NCBI GenBank assembly: GCA_964016885.1
Contig: CAXHJY010001375.1
Coordinates: 1 to 52,440 of the forward strand
Length of the DNA stretch: 52,440 nucleotides
Direction of reading: 5' to 3'
Source of the DNA: Eledone cirrhosa
Taxonomy: Eukaryota
The position numbers and the translations under genes were made by a program. The first letter of the stretch is position 1. The number at the start of each line of letters is the position of its first letter. The notes beneath the pieces are model-generated. The model did no database searches. It was not told where the DNA came from and was given only the letters and a program-made list of their open reading frames with translations. This document shows positions 1 to 13,447 of the stretch, piece by piece.

Positions 1-324
1 TATATATATATGTATATATGTATATATATGTATATATATGTATATATATGTATATATGTATATATATATATATATGTATATATATATGTATATATATATA
101 TATGTATATATGTATATATATGTGTATATATATGTATATATGTATATATATATATATGTATATATGTATATATATGTGTATATATATGTATATATGTGTA
201 TATATGTATATGTATATATATATGTATATGTATATATATATGTATATATATATGTATATATATATGTATATGTATATATATATGTATATGTGTATATATG
301 TGTATATATGTATGTATATGTATG

Positions 325-369
<45 letters not shown>

Positions 370-423
370 GTGTATATATGTGTATATATGTGTATATATA
401 TGTATATATATGTATGTATATAT
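1..423. repeat. Compound (TA)n/(TATG)n microsatellite
   Basis: Sequence consists only of TA/TG dinucleotides; it abuts the (ATC)n tail of the RTE copy. Confidence 0.98.
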
Positions 424-2555
424 ATCATCATCAACGTTTAACGTCCGTGTTCCACGCTTGCATGGGTTTGACATTGTCTTGGAGAGGTGTAAGTGTGTGA
501 GGTCGGAGTTTATCAGCTCGTCCCAGGTTTTTCTAGGTCTGCCTATTCCGTGGCTACTGTCTATCTTTATTGCCCTGCACTTTGTTATACAGCTATCGAC
601 TTTCATGCGCATCACGTGTCCATACCAACGTAGCCTTCTCTCGAGTAAACAACATCTGATCCCTCTTCTTTCTAATTTTTTCCTTAGTTCGTTTATGCTT
701 TGCCGTTCACGTATATTACTGTTACACATCCAGCGGAGCATGCAAGCTTCGTTCCTCTTTAGTCTCCGTATATCCTCTGCACACAATGCCCAGGTCTCAC
801 TGCCATGCAACATTGCTGTTCGTATGCAGGCATCATACAACCTGCCTTTCATTTTTAGGGAGAACCCTTTAGCAGCTAATAGTGGTATAAGCTCTCTGAA
901 CTTTTTCCACCCAGTTCTGACTCTAGCTACTGTACTTTCAGAGCACCCTCCCCCACTGCTGATTTTGTCGCCCAGGTAACGGAAGCTGTCCACTATTTCT
1001 ATAGAACCCTCTGCGCAATTGAAAGAGCTAGTATTTGTGGGCACTTGCTGCTACTTATTGCACCAGAGCACCGACCACATGTAAAATCTATGTTCTTAGT
1101 TAACTTACCTGTGATCCCACTACATCTTTTATGCACCCATACTTTGCATTTGGGACATAAAATGGAGTTTCTACCTACGCCTTTCCTACACACTGAGCAT
1201 GGCCATTTCCCAGAAGGGACCGCCGCCTTATTTTCTTTCCTACAAACTAGAACTTTAGTCTTAACCAGGTTAATGTTAAGTCCTTTTGATTCTAGGCCGT
1301 GCTTCCATGTTTGGAATTTCTTCTCTAGCTCGGCCATTGATTCAGCTATGAGTGTCAGGTCGTCTGCATATAGGAGTTCCCATGGGCAGCCGGTCTTGAA
1401 CTCCTCTGTTATAGCCTGAAGGGCAATAATAAATAGTAGGGGGCTGAGAACAGAGCCCTGATGGACGCCAACTTTTACGCTAAACTCTTCACTATATTCG
1501 TTGTTAATTCTAATCTTGCTGACTGTTTCTTTATACATGGCTTGTATAGCTCTCACACGCCATTTGTCAACCCCTAGTTTTCTAAGAGCCCACCAGATAA
1601 TGGAACGGGGGACTCTGTCGAAGGCTTTCTCCAAGTCGACAAAAGCTAAGTAGAGGGGTTTACCTTTAGCTAGGTACTTCTCCTGTAGTTGTCGTACAAT
1701 GAAAAGAGCGTCTGTGGTACTTTTGCCTGACACAAACCCGAACTGCATTTCATCTAGGTCAATTCTCTCTCTGATTAGTTGCGCTATTACTTTTTCCGTG
1801 ACCTGGTCGATTAGTTTAATGCCTCTGTAGTTACTCCTATCTAGGGCATCTCCTTTACCCTTATAACAGTTAACGATAATGCTGCTATGCCAGTCCTTCG
1901 GAACAACCCCATTCTGTATGACTTGGTTTACTATCCGGGTGACCATGGTGTGTCCCACCGTGCCAGATGCCTTCAGCATATCAGCAACTATTTCCGAAGG
2001 CCCAGCCGCCTTACCCGTCTTCATATCTTTGATTGCCTTACTTATAATACTCCCCTCGACTAACACTGCTGGTCCCTCTATTGGGTCGATGTGGGGGAGA
2101 CTGTCTTTCTCCCATTTATTCTCCTCATTTACTTCTTATCAGCGTCGGTGATGGCAAGTACGCCGTCATCATTAAGTACACACTTCTCCCCGACAATATC
2201 ACGGTTTTCCTTGACACATTGCCTAGCAATCCTGAACACCTCACGTTTTTGGTCCTCGCGTTGTAGAACATGCTTGAACTTTCTTTCCTCTGCTTCCCTT
2301 CTTGCGAAGTACACTTGTCTCCTAGCTTCCCTCCTGGCCACTTGATAGTCTTCTCTACTTCCCCCATCCGCCATACTTTCCAAGCCTGCTTTTTGGCCTT
2401 AATTGACTCCTCCACCTTACTGTTCCACCACCATGTTACTCTCCTGCCTACAGGCCTGCTCCAGCCACAGACTTCGTCTGTCGCCATCAGCAGGTTTGCT
2501 TTCAGAAATTCCCACTGTCCCTCTATATTGTCTGACTCTAAATGCTCTTCCTTAC
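424..2555 (-). mobile_element. RTE-clade LINE subfamily A, 5'-truncated copy with internal deletions (RT pseudogene)
   Basis: Nearly identical to 34270-36822. RT motifs QFGF, AFVDLEKAFD, GVHQGSVLSP and LLYADD occur in ORF 999-2066. It has a frameshift near 1035, deletions near 470 (most of the 3'UTR), 1800 and 2130, and a 3' (GAT)n tail at 424-432. Confidence 0.95.
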
Positions 2556-2791
2556 AACCTCATTTACAGTGAGTGCTGGGTGCTTTTTTGCCGTGGCACC
2601 TCCACGACCATTTTGCAGTGGAATGATATGGACCCCAGTCCCTATCATCTCATTTCTACAGCTGAGTAAACTGGAGCAATGTGAAATAAAGTGCCTTGCT
2701 CAAGGAAACAACACATCACCCGGTCTGAGAATTGAACTCACAACCTTTCAATTGCAAAGCCAATGCTCTAACCACTAAGCCATGTGCCTCC
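2556..2791 (-). mobile_element. tRNA-derived CORE-SINE, 5' part, fused to the RTE copy
   Basis: The reverse complement begins GGAGGCACATGGCTTAGTGG (A box) ... GTTCAATTC (B box). It matches the complete copy at 33583-33918. Confidence 0.9.
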
Positions 2792-2894
2792 ATATCTCTA
2801 TATATATATATATATGTATGTGTATATATGTATGTGTACATATATATATGTATGTGTACATATATATATGTATGTGTATATATATATATGTATG

Positions 2895-2925
<31 letters not shown>

Positions 2926-3123
2926 GTATGTATATATATGTATATATATGTATGTATATATATGTATATATATATATGTATATATATATATGTATATATA
3001 TATATGTATATATATATATGTATATATATGTATGTATGTATATGTATGTATGTATATGTATGTATGTATATATATATATATGTATGTATATATATATATA
3101 TGTATGTATATATATATATATGT

Positions 3124-3157
<34 letters not shown>

Positions 3158-3350
3158 GTGTATATATATATGTATATATATATATATGTATGTATGTATA
3201 TATATGTATGTATGTATATATATGTATGTATGTGTATATATGTATGTATGTGTATATATATATGTATGTATATATATATATATGTATGTATATATATATA
3301 TATGTATGTATATATATATATATGTAAGTATATATATATATATATGTATG

Positions 3351-3381
<31 letters not shown>

Positions 3382-3500
3382 GTATATGTATGTATGTATA
3401 TATATGTATATGTATGTATGTATATATATGTATATGTATGTATGTATATATATGTATATGTATGTATGTATATATATGTATATGTATATGTATGTATATG

Positions 3501-3574
<74 letters not shown>

Positions 3575-3631
3575 TATATATATGTATGTATATATATATA
3601 TGTATATATATATATGTATATATATATATGT

Positions 3632-3681
<50 letters not shown>

Positions 3682-3710
3682 GTATATATGTATATGTATA
3701 TATATATATG

Positions 3711-3742
<32 letters not shown>

Positions 3743-3758
3743 TGTATGTATATATATG

Positions 3759-3848
<90 letters not shown>

Positions 3849-3852
3849 TATG

Positions 3853-3884
<32 letters not shown>
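2792..3884. repeat. Compound (TA)n/(TATG)n microsatellite, about 1.1 kb
   Basis: Direct inspection. Confidence 0.98.
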
Positions 3885-3886
<2 letters not shown>

Positions 3887-4965
3887 ACTAAGAACATAGA
3901 TTTTACATGTGGCCGGTGCTCTGGTGCAATAAGTAGCAGCAAGTGCCCACAAACTACTAGCTCTTTCAATTGCGCAGAGGGTTCTATAGAAATAGTGGAC
4001 AGCTTCCGTTACCTGGGCGATAAAATCAGCAGTGGGGGAGGGTGCTCTGAAAGTACTGTAGCTAGAGTCAGAACTGGTTGGAAAAAGTTCAGAGAGCTTA
4101 TACCACTATTAGCTGCTAAAGGGTTCTCACTAAAAATGAAAGGCAGGTTGTACGATGCCTGCATACGAACAGCAATGCTGCATGGCAGTGAGACCTGGGC
4201 ATTGTGTGCAGAGGATATACGCAGACTAGAGAGGAACGAAGCTTGCATGCTCCGCTGGATGTGTAACAGTAATATACGTGAACGGCAAAGCATAAACGAA
4301 CTAAGGAAAAAATTAGAGATAAGAGGGATCAGATGTTGTTTACTCGAGAGAAGGCTACGTTGGTATGGACACGTGATGCGCATGAAAGTCGATAGCTGTA
4401 TAACAAAGTGCAGGGCAATAAAGATAGACGGTAGTCACGGAATAGGCAGACCTAGAAAAACCTGGGACGAGCTGATAAACTCCGACATCACACACTTACA
4501 CCTCTCCAAGACAATGTCACTGGACCGAGACCTTTGGCGGTACTCAGTAACAGAGAAGACCCGCCTTACCTAAATATATAGTAAAACCTACTCCAGCCAG
4601 TAGGCATCTCTAACAAAATACACCCCGTCCCACCACCCCCACCCGATCCACACCACCCCGTTCTATGTAAAGTTATGTTGGTGCCGCGCCTTCGAGGCCG
4701 AAACAAATGAGATCGTGTAGGTGTCACGACAAAAAACACACAGTCCACGCTGTAATGTGGCCGTGTAGGCAACACGGTAAAAACCTCCCAGACCCACACT
4801 GTAAATGTGGTTGGTGTTAGGAAGGGCATCCAACTGTAGAAAACCTGCCAGACAGTCCTATGCGAGCAAGACAATCACTCTTGCCTCAAGTGGGACTACC
4901 CCCGTCCAAACCCATGCAAGCGTGGAACACGGACGTTAAACGTTGATGATGATGATGATGATGAT
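3885..4965 (+). mobile_element. RTE LINE subfamily A, young 5'-truncated copy with complete 3'UTR and (GAT)n tail
   Basis: Encodes [11 protein letters not shown]...VDSFRYLG...RLRWYGHV...GRPRKTW...RDLWR. The 3'UTR is nearly identical to the reverse complement of 34270-34640. TA tracts flank it on both sides. Confidence 0.96.
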
Positions 4966-5997
<1,032 letters not shown>

Positions 5998-6260
5998 AAA
6001 CGGAAAAAATGAAACGAAATTTCATTTCTCACTCTTAGTACGGCTGTTACATAAATATAAGTATGTATACGTACATACATATATGTATACAGACGTACAG
6101 TAGTATGTATATATACATACATGCACACATATATATATGTACGTATGCATTCACCGATCATGTATTATAATGCTCGGTGTGTTTATAGACAAACATCCCG
6201 AATTAAGCCGTACAGTGTCTAGCAACCATCGTTGCTCATGTGTTCAACACTGACAAAGGA

Positions 6261-6303
6261 ACGCTGTACTAGTTTCAAGCTTATTAGCTATCGTCAGCAA
6301 CAT
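6261..6303 (-). ncRNA. Minimal type I hammerhead ribozyme (Penelope-associated)
   Basis: Minus strand reads ATGTTG-CTGACGA-TAGCTAATAAGCTT-GAAAC-TA-GTA-CAGCGT. It has the CUGANGA and GAAA cores, stem II AGC/GCT, palindromic stem III ACTAGT, a GUA cleavage triplet and stem I ATGTTG/CAGCGT. It lies just downstream of a PLE RT fragment. Confidence 0.75.
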
Positions 6304-6314
6304 ATACCTTCCTG

Positions 6315-6700
6315 CTAGATGGTTGAACGTCTGCAAGTATATACTTTCCTTATGGGGTTACTGGGGCAGAAACGTCTAAGGTCATGGCTGTCTAGGTAGT
6401 CAGTGTCGTAGGTATGTCTAAGTAGGAGGCCCATTTCGTCTGTGTCGACGTCGCAGAACTCCACCTCACTCTCAATGATCATCTCCACACATTTTTCCAC
6501 AGCAAAATCAATGTTAATGGATGGGTACAGTGATACCACATCCATACTGCCTATTATGCAGTTGGATAGGTTCCTGTTTTTGTTGCACTCACTGATTCTG
6601 CTGAGGAGGTTCTCTGTACTGTCACATACATCTGGGGACATCTTGATTATGGGGCGTATAACCATTGAGAGGGAGTAGGAGATCCTGGAGTTGCTAGTTA
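6315..6700 (-). pseudogene. Penelope-like element reverse transcriptase fragment
   Basis: IRPII...IIGSMDVVSLYPSI matches the PLE RT motifs RPII and S-x-D-V-x-S-L-Y-P/T-x-I. Confidence 0.75.
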
Positions 6701-6703
6701 TAT

Positions 6704-7270
6704 TTGCTCCGCATACAGATCCTAAAGCAACTATTTTACGGAGAGCTCCATCTTGGGAAAAGGCCTCAACACAACCCCAAAATGAGGTACAAGAACAGCG
6801 TCAAAAACAGCCTCAAAGAGCTGGCACTTGATATAGACAACTGGGAGGAGATAGCTCTAAATAGGCCTGAGGGCATAAAGGCCAGTTGCAAAACGTTTGA
6901 AGTATGGAGCCTAGAACAGAAACAGCTGAAGTGTCATGTGTATTCTGTCAACATGTATTCCACTCAAAAGCTGGTTACGTTAATCACCTGACGTGACATG
7001 AAAGAACAACCACTCACAACACCACTCAACAAAGACCTGGTGAAAAAACGTGATATGCACTAAAAAAACACATGGTGATGGATAAAGATTGTATCCTACA
7101 AAATGACTCTACCAATCCTGTGGAAAGCACAACTTCTGTGTCACCTGTGTCATAAACCATGCAGATCTGCAGCTGGTCTAAAAAGTCATCTACAAAGTCA
7201 TAGATGCGGATGGGATGACAATGAAAAAACAATGAGATGGCAATCACCTGTGAAGACACTGCAATCTTCA
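6704..7270 (+). mobile_element. RTE/BovB-type LINE 3' fragment with terminal C2H2 zinc finger
   Basis: KQLFYGEL..GKR....PKMRYK..VK..LK...IDNWEEIALNR, followed by CHLCHKPCRSAAGLKSHLQSH (C-x2-C-x12-H-x3-H). Confidence 0.75.
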
Positions 7271-7280
7271 TGTATGTATA

Positions 7281-7775
7281 TCATCATCACCGTTTAATGT
7301 CTATTTTTCCACACTAGCATAGGTTAGACGAGTTGTCCTGTTGTGAGCAATGCCAGGTCAGGTGACCATGTCTTGCTCATACAGAATTGATTTTGACTCA
7401 GTTTCTACAGCTGGATGCCATTCCTAACGGCAACCTCATTTACAGTGAGTACTGGGTGCTTTTTGTTATGACACACTTTACCATGTGGGCTGTGTGCTTT
7501 TTGTCATGACACCTACATGACCACTTTATCATGTGAACTGGGTGCTTTTTGCCTTGTCACTATCACCACCACTTCACAGTGTGGGCCTGGTGCTTTTTGC
7601 CATGTCGCCATCAGGACCACTTTACTGTGTGGGCAGGAGGTTTCACTAGATATATGCTTCAGCCTGTCCTCAGGGTAGATGTATGAGAGGGTGGGGTGGA
7701 GTGGTGCATACTATAATATATGCTTCAGCTTCAGCCTGAACCCATGGGAAGGCAGGTCTTCTGTATTACTGCATA
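7281..7775 (-). mobile_element. RTE 3'UTR-only copy with expanded ~40-bp internal subrepeats
   Basis: (ATC)n tail and terminal stem-loop sequence, about 5 TTTACAGTG...GTGCTTTTT repeats, and the GTCTTCTGTATTACTG ORF-end motif. Confidence 0.8.
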
Positions 7776-8307
7776 TTCCAGTGCCATTGTTTTTTCAAAA
7801 AGGGTTGTTACATGATCTACCCCCACTCTAGGATTAAAGTCGCCCATAATGACTAGTTTCTTTTCCCTAGGAACTTTTCACAACCAGAGTCCCAAGATTC
7901 TGACAAAATTATTCAATGGTAACATGTAATTCAGTACAACCTGCTACATGGTTGGGTTGTTAGTGACTAAACTATGATTAGGGTGATTTTGACATCCTGT
8001 GGAAGGAAAAACAAAACCCGACACAAAGGTGGGGTAACTCAGGAGAGTCAACAGCCATCCAATCAAACTTGTACATATGTACATACGTTTTACATTTATA
8101 TATATTTATTTGGGGATATCTTTTATAACTTTTAAAATACATTTTAATCTTTACTTTTTAACATTATCTTTTAACCTTTATATATGTATGTGTATATATA
8201 TATATATATATGTTTGTATGTATATATCTATATCTATGCATATGTGTATATGTATGTATGTATGTATGTATGTATATATCTATATCTATGTATATGTGTG
8301 TATATAT

Positions 8308-8490
8308 TTGGGAGCCCCTACATGGACACACTAGAAGAGGAAGACCAAGGTTAACGTATGTTGATGCCCTAAGGACAGTCACTGGTCTGTTGGAGACGCA
8401 GGACATGGCAGCGATAATGAGGGACAGAGACCGCTGGAGAGAACTCGTCCATGGATCTCGGGAATTTTACCCACCTTAGATAGATAGATA
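8308..8490 (+). mobile_element. 3' end of a different RTE-group LINE with (TAGA)n tail
   Basis: WEPLHGHTRRGRPRLTYVDAL...MRDRDRWR is a typical RTE-group C-terminus. It is preceded by a TA/TG tract and followed by TAGATAGATAGA. Confidence 0.65.
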
Positions 8491-9221
8491 TGAATTAAAA
8501 GTGACAAAGGCTGTGGGTCGCCGATGTTTTGACACATTAAAGACAGTACATCTCACAACAGTGCGTTGATAACTAAGAGGAATAGTTATCAGAGAAGAAA
8601 ACAAAAAAACAACAAAAAACAGACGTTAGCAAAGAGAACGACAGAAAAAGAAAATAAACAAAAGAAAAACGTACCGATAGAGAGGGGGAAACGCGAGACA
8701 GTTGTACATGTAAGTTGCATGAGAGAAGTTAAAAAGAATGGATGTAAGTCCTGAATCCATATTAACAAAACGAGGGAGAGCAAAGAGAAAAACGACTGAT
8801 CATAGCGAGAACAGGCACAGAGAGGGAGAGACAAAGGAAAACGGAAGTGAGAGGGAAGAGTGGTAAGGGAGCAGAGGGGGGGGGGAGATGGATGGTAAGA
8901 GAGAGAATAAGTGAGTGTGAGAAAGAGGAAGGAAAAGAGTTAATCCAAAATGGCAGAACTTAAGTTCAAAACCCGATTAACAACAAGCGAGATAGGGAAG
9001 AAAACAACAAAAAAACAGACGGTAGCGAAGAAAAAGCCCAGAAAAAGAAAATAAACAAAAGTAAAACATACCGATAGAGAGGGGGAAACACGAGACAGTA
9101 GTACATGTAAGTTGCAGTAACCAGTGGGAGATGGGGAGAAGATGTATATATATGTATGCATATATTTGCATATACATATATGCACATGTATATACATGTA
9201 TGCATATGTGTATGTATGCAT

Positions 9222-10450
9222 ATGACATCATCAAACCGGCGGACAAGGGAGGCGCCGAGGTGGTGTGGCGCGCTGAGGTCCTCAGGCAGCACCACAACCT
9301 ACCCATCCGACCCTACACCCCACTACCAGCAACAAGTTTCCTCCACCATCCAACACCTTGTCTCCTCCTCCCCTCTACCTCTCACCTCATCATCTGCACT
9401 CCCCACATCTACTTCCTCCTCAAAATCTACAAACCCGACACCCCCGGCCGCGCCATCGTCTCTGCTGCCTGCAACTGCCCAACTGAACTCAACTCCATCC
9501 TCGCCCCCCCCCCCCCTGTCACCGCCCTCCCCTCCCACATCTCTGACACCTTGCCCTCCGCCTTTTTTTACTCTCACTTTCCCATCCGGCCCACCCCCTC
9601 CTCTTCACCTTAGACATAAAATCTCTATACGGTCATCCCCTACTACTCCTGCACTACCTCAACCCCCTCCACCACCCTCCCTCGCTGAGCTCGTCACCCT
9701 TAACTGCTTCACCTTCACAGGTGGATTTTACCAACCGGTCACTGGGGTAGCCATAGGCATAAGAATGGGTCCTAACTATGCCAACCTTTTTGTTGGCCAT
9801 GTTGAAGCCCAAATCTTTGCCCAATCCACTGGTCCCTACTCCAGAACTGTACGGTCATTATATTGACGACTCTATCAGGACCACAGTCCTCACCCGAGAA
9901 CAGCTCCACTCCTCTCTTTCTTCTGTTCCTTCCACTTCTATCTCCACCACCCACGTCTACTTCTTGGACATCTCTACTGCCATCGATCCCTCACACCGCT
10001 CACTCATCACCTCCGCTTTCTTTAAACCTACACTCCTACCTCGACTTCACCTCCTCCCACCCTGCACACACCAAACACTCTATTCCTTACTCCCAACTCC
10101 TCCGGATCCACCGCCTTAGCAGCCGAGATGCCGACTTCGAGACCCAGGCTCTTTCTCTGGTCCGTCATTTCATCTGGAGGGGTTAACCCGTCCGCACCTG
10201 CGCAGTCCGTTGCACCACCGCCATCGCACCCCCACCCACCGTCTCCCCTTCCCCCTCACCTACCAACCCACCACCCTACACCCCCAACGAACCATCCTTC
10301 GACACCTCCAGTCCAACCTCTCTTCCTTTAGCCTTCAACCGACTTCTCCTACCCGGCTCTCCTCCCTCCATACTAACACGACTAAAAACACTCCCAACAT
10401 TAAGTCCCCTCACCTTCTAACTACACTAACCCCCACCCACGCCCACATTT
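9222..10450 (+). pseudogene. Penelope-like element RT, degenerate
   Basis: Frameshifted motifs IIKPADKGG, FLLKIYKP..PGRAIVS, LDIKSLY, NCFTF..FYQ..GVAIGIRMGPNYANLF, YIDD, FLDI and YLDFTSSHPAHTKHSIPYSQLLR. Confidence 0.9.
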
Positions 10451-10574
10451 GACCACCCCACCACTAATACCGCCCCACCCTCTTTCCCTCTTACAACACA
10501 TATGCACTCACACCCCAAACATGTATACACACACACACCATTATATATACACACTCACGGCCCCTTTCAACATT

Positions 10575-12050
10575 TGATGCCTGGATGATGGGCGGGTCCG
10601 TAGAGACTGTCTGCCATGACCTACAATCAGTGGTTCTTGTCCTAGTGGGAATCGGCCTCCAGGTCAACTTGTCCAAGTCGTTGGTGATGAATGTCAACCA
10701 CGATGCTGAGAGCTTTGCAGCCTCCGTCTAGGATATGCAGTCCATTCTCCACCAGGTACAGGTTACCCCGAAAGAGGATATCTTCATCCACGGGTCACCG
10801 ATCCACCCGCCGGCCATCTGCTCCACCATCAAGTCCAGGCTCCAGCAACTCAAGACCTTCACGAGCCGACTGGCCTTGATTGAGGGCCACCCAGCACTCT
10901 CCTTGTTGAAGAACTGCTTCGCCATGCTGAAGCTCCTCTATACCCTTTGCAACACTCACTCCGTGCTACAGTAATGCATCTCTCCCCGCTGACCTCGATA
11001 CTTGTATCTGAGCGGCAGCCGGGAAGATATGCAATTTCAGGTTTGACGACATTGGATGGCAACAGGCCACTTTACCTGTCAGATGTAGGAGCCTTGGCCT
11101 CTGGTCCCTGATCTCGCTGGATTTGTTGGCGTTTCTTTTGTGAGTAACCTCAGGACGCGTCCTTGTCAGCAGGGTTCTCCAAAACAATGGAACCCTCTGT
11201 GATCGAGGTACGTGGGACCGGCTGGGACTTAGCCCAGTAGACTCCGTTTCTCCTCCCCCTGCTGACGTTAAGTGCCCCCAAAGCATTTTGGATGCTATCC
11301 AATGCAACCTGCCCTCAGACAGGCTCACGCGCCAGCTGGACCAGCACCGCCTTGCCTGTTTTCGCGCAGACTCCAAACCCCACAGTGTGGTGCCTGGCTC
11401 TATGCCTTGCCCCTCTTCTCCACTGGCATGCAGCTGAATAACGATAGCCTGTGTATCGGCATTTCCTTGAGGCTTGGCCTCCGGATCTGCGAGCCACACA
11501 AATGTCGCTGTGGATCCACCGTGGACTCTTTTGGCCTCCACCTGCTTTCCTGTCACCACAATGTCGGCCACCTTCCACACCATGCTGCCCTCAACGAGGT
11601 CATAAAGCATGGCTTGGGTGCTGCAAGGTTTCCCCTCACAGCTTGAGCTGTTGGGGCTGGACCGAGGGGATGGCAAAAGATCAGACGGTATTACAATCTT
11701 CCTGTTCTGCGGTGGCAAACCCCTCGTCTGCGATACCACTTGCAGCGACACTTTCTGCAGCCGCAACCTGGTGCAGTCTGCGACTAACCCAAGTTTGGCT
11801 GTGCGTCGGTCTGAAGAGGCCAAACTCTCCAAGTACCAGTCACTCTCCAACAGGTTTGTGATCGTGCCCTTGGCAGTGGAGACTTCTGGTGTCCTAAGCC
11901 CCAGGGCTACCTACCTACCCACCACCATAGGCGCTGAGCTGGCCAGCCGCAGGTGTGAGCCATGCGAGTTGGAATGGCTCTTCCAGCACATCTCCCTTAC
12001 CATCCTCCGGGGAAATGCCTTCTCCATTCTGTCCGCCGGGGCTGTGGGGA
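10575..12050 (+). mobile_element. CRE-clade-like non-LTR retrotransposon fragment (RT C-terminus, CCHC zinc knuckle, restriction-like endonuclease)
   Basis: GAWLYALP...LRLGL..C.PH.C.CG..VD..G.H.L.C...HAALN, RSDG (RPDG-like), D.TC.DT, E..K..KY, P.AVETSG, LFQHISL.ILRGNA; frameshifted. Confidence 0.8.
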
Positions 12051-12459
12051 GGCCAGCACGTGGGACCCCATTTTCTTACCATACAGAGAAATGGGGAGGG
12101 CGTGAGAGATGGAGGCGATGACAGTGGGAGTTTGGCTCTTCCACATTCGGACCATATCCTTGTGGTTGTATTCATTATCTATAGAGTTCATTCTATTTTT
12201 GTTTGTTCCATTCAAGGAGAGACTAGCTCAGGCACACCTGTAATTTCGTTTTGTTGCTAATAGATATACTTTTTATTGACTTGAACATAAAGTTTTCAGC
12301 AGCCCATAATAGCAGTGCACTTTCCTTTCTCCCCCTCCCCTCATACTACCAACACTAACCTCCACCCACACACCCACATTCTAGTAACAACCCCTCTCCT
12401 TCAACTTTACCTCTCTTCACACTACACACCACACATTCCAGCATAGTTATGCCCCTTTA

Positions 12460-12575
12460 CGGTCTGAGTTCAAATCCCGCCGAGGTTAACTTTGCCTTTC
12501 ATCCTTATGGAGTCGATAAAATAAAGTACCAGTAATGCACTGGATAATTGCTGGCCTTGTGCCTAAAGTAGAAAC
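12460..12575 (+). mobile_element. tRNA-derived SINE fragment of a second family
   Basis: B box GTTCAAATC followed by GCCTTTCATCCTTATGGAGTCGATAAAATAAAGTACCAG, which resembles the Meta/Sauria-type SINE central domain. This resemblance is recalled, not aligned. Confidence 0.6.
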
Positions 12576-13419
12576 TATATACACTCACTCACACTGACCT
12601 TACCTCCTCATGTCCACCACACCTTCAGCACACATACACACATGCCACTCTCACCCACACCTGCCTGTCTACACAGCTACTACCATCCCACACACAGCCT
12701 CTCACTCACTAGTCCTGTTCTGCTGGCTCCACCTCCTCCCCTCCCCCTTACACATTGCCCTGCCATCCCACCCCTTTGACTTGACCATCTTGACCACTTC
12801 CTGTTGTGTGCACCCCATAACATTCCACTTCCTCCTCCCCATTTTTTCGACCCCACCACAAGGAATCTAAAACTTGGATATCTATGCAATTTACCTTCAG
12901 AACCGTATCATCCACATACATACCAACATCCATTCAGAAACTTAGACACGCACAGACACTTGCACCATTTTCGCACACACGCAACTATACATTTCACACT
13001 AACACACACACACACACACACAGACGTGCACATCTTCACATACACCCACATTCCATCCCTCACGATCTCCCCTCACCCCATCCGATCCTTTTCGATCCAT
13101 ACACTTCACTTCAACACAATGGTTTTTCAAAACCCACAATCACGTACACCCGCTCTTCCCCCAGACTCTCAAACTTACACCCACGCATACACACACACAC
13201 ACACACCTCACCTTCCGCCATCCCCCCTCTCTCCCTCTCCACACACCCCCACACACCACTACACCCGTACCCTCCCTGATCTGTACACCCCTCTCACTTT
13301 TTAATATTCCTTTTTTAGAACCTTTTTTTCCACTTCATGTTCCATTTTCAATTTATTTTTATTTCTATATTTCTCACTAACAACTTCCTCACTCCTCGGA
13401 GTTACTCCCCCACACTCTC

Positions 13420-13447
13420 CTGATGAAGGGGTTATGCCCGAAACGTT
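13420..13447 (+). ncRNA. Degenerate hammerhead ribozyme core in Penelope 3' region (pLTR)
   Basis: CTGATGA-AGGGGTTATGCCC-GAAAC-GTT: both cores, stem II GGG/CCC and palindromic AACGTT are present. Stem I pairs poorly. Confidence 0.55.
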
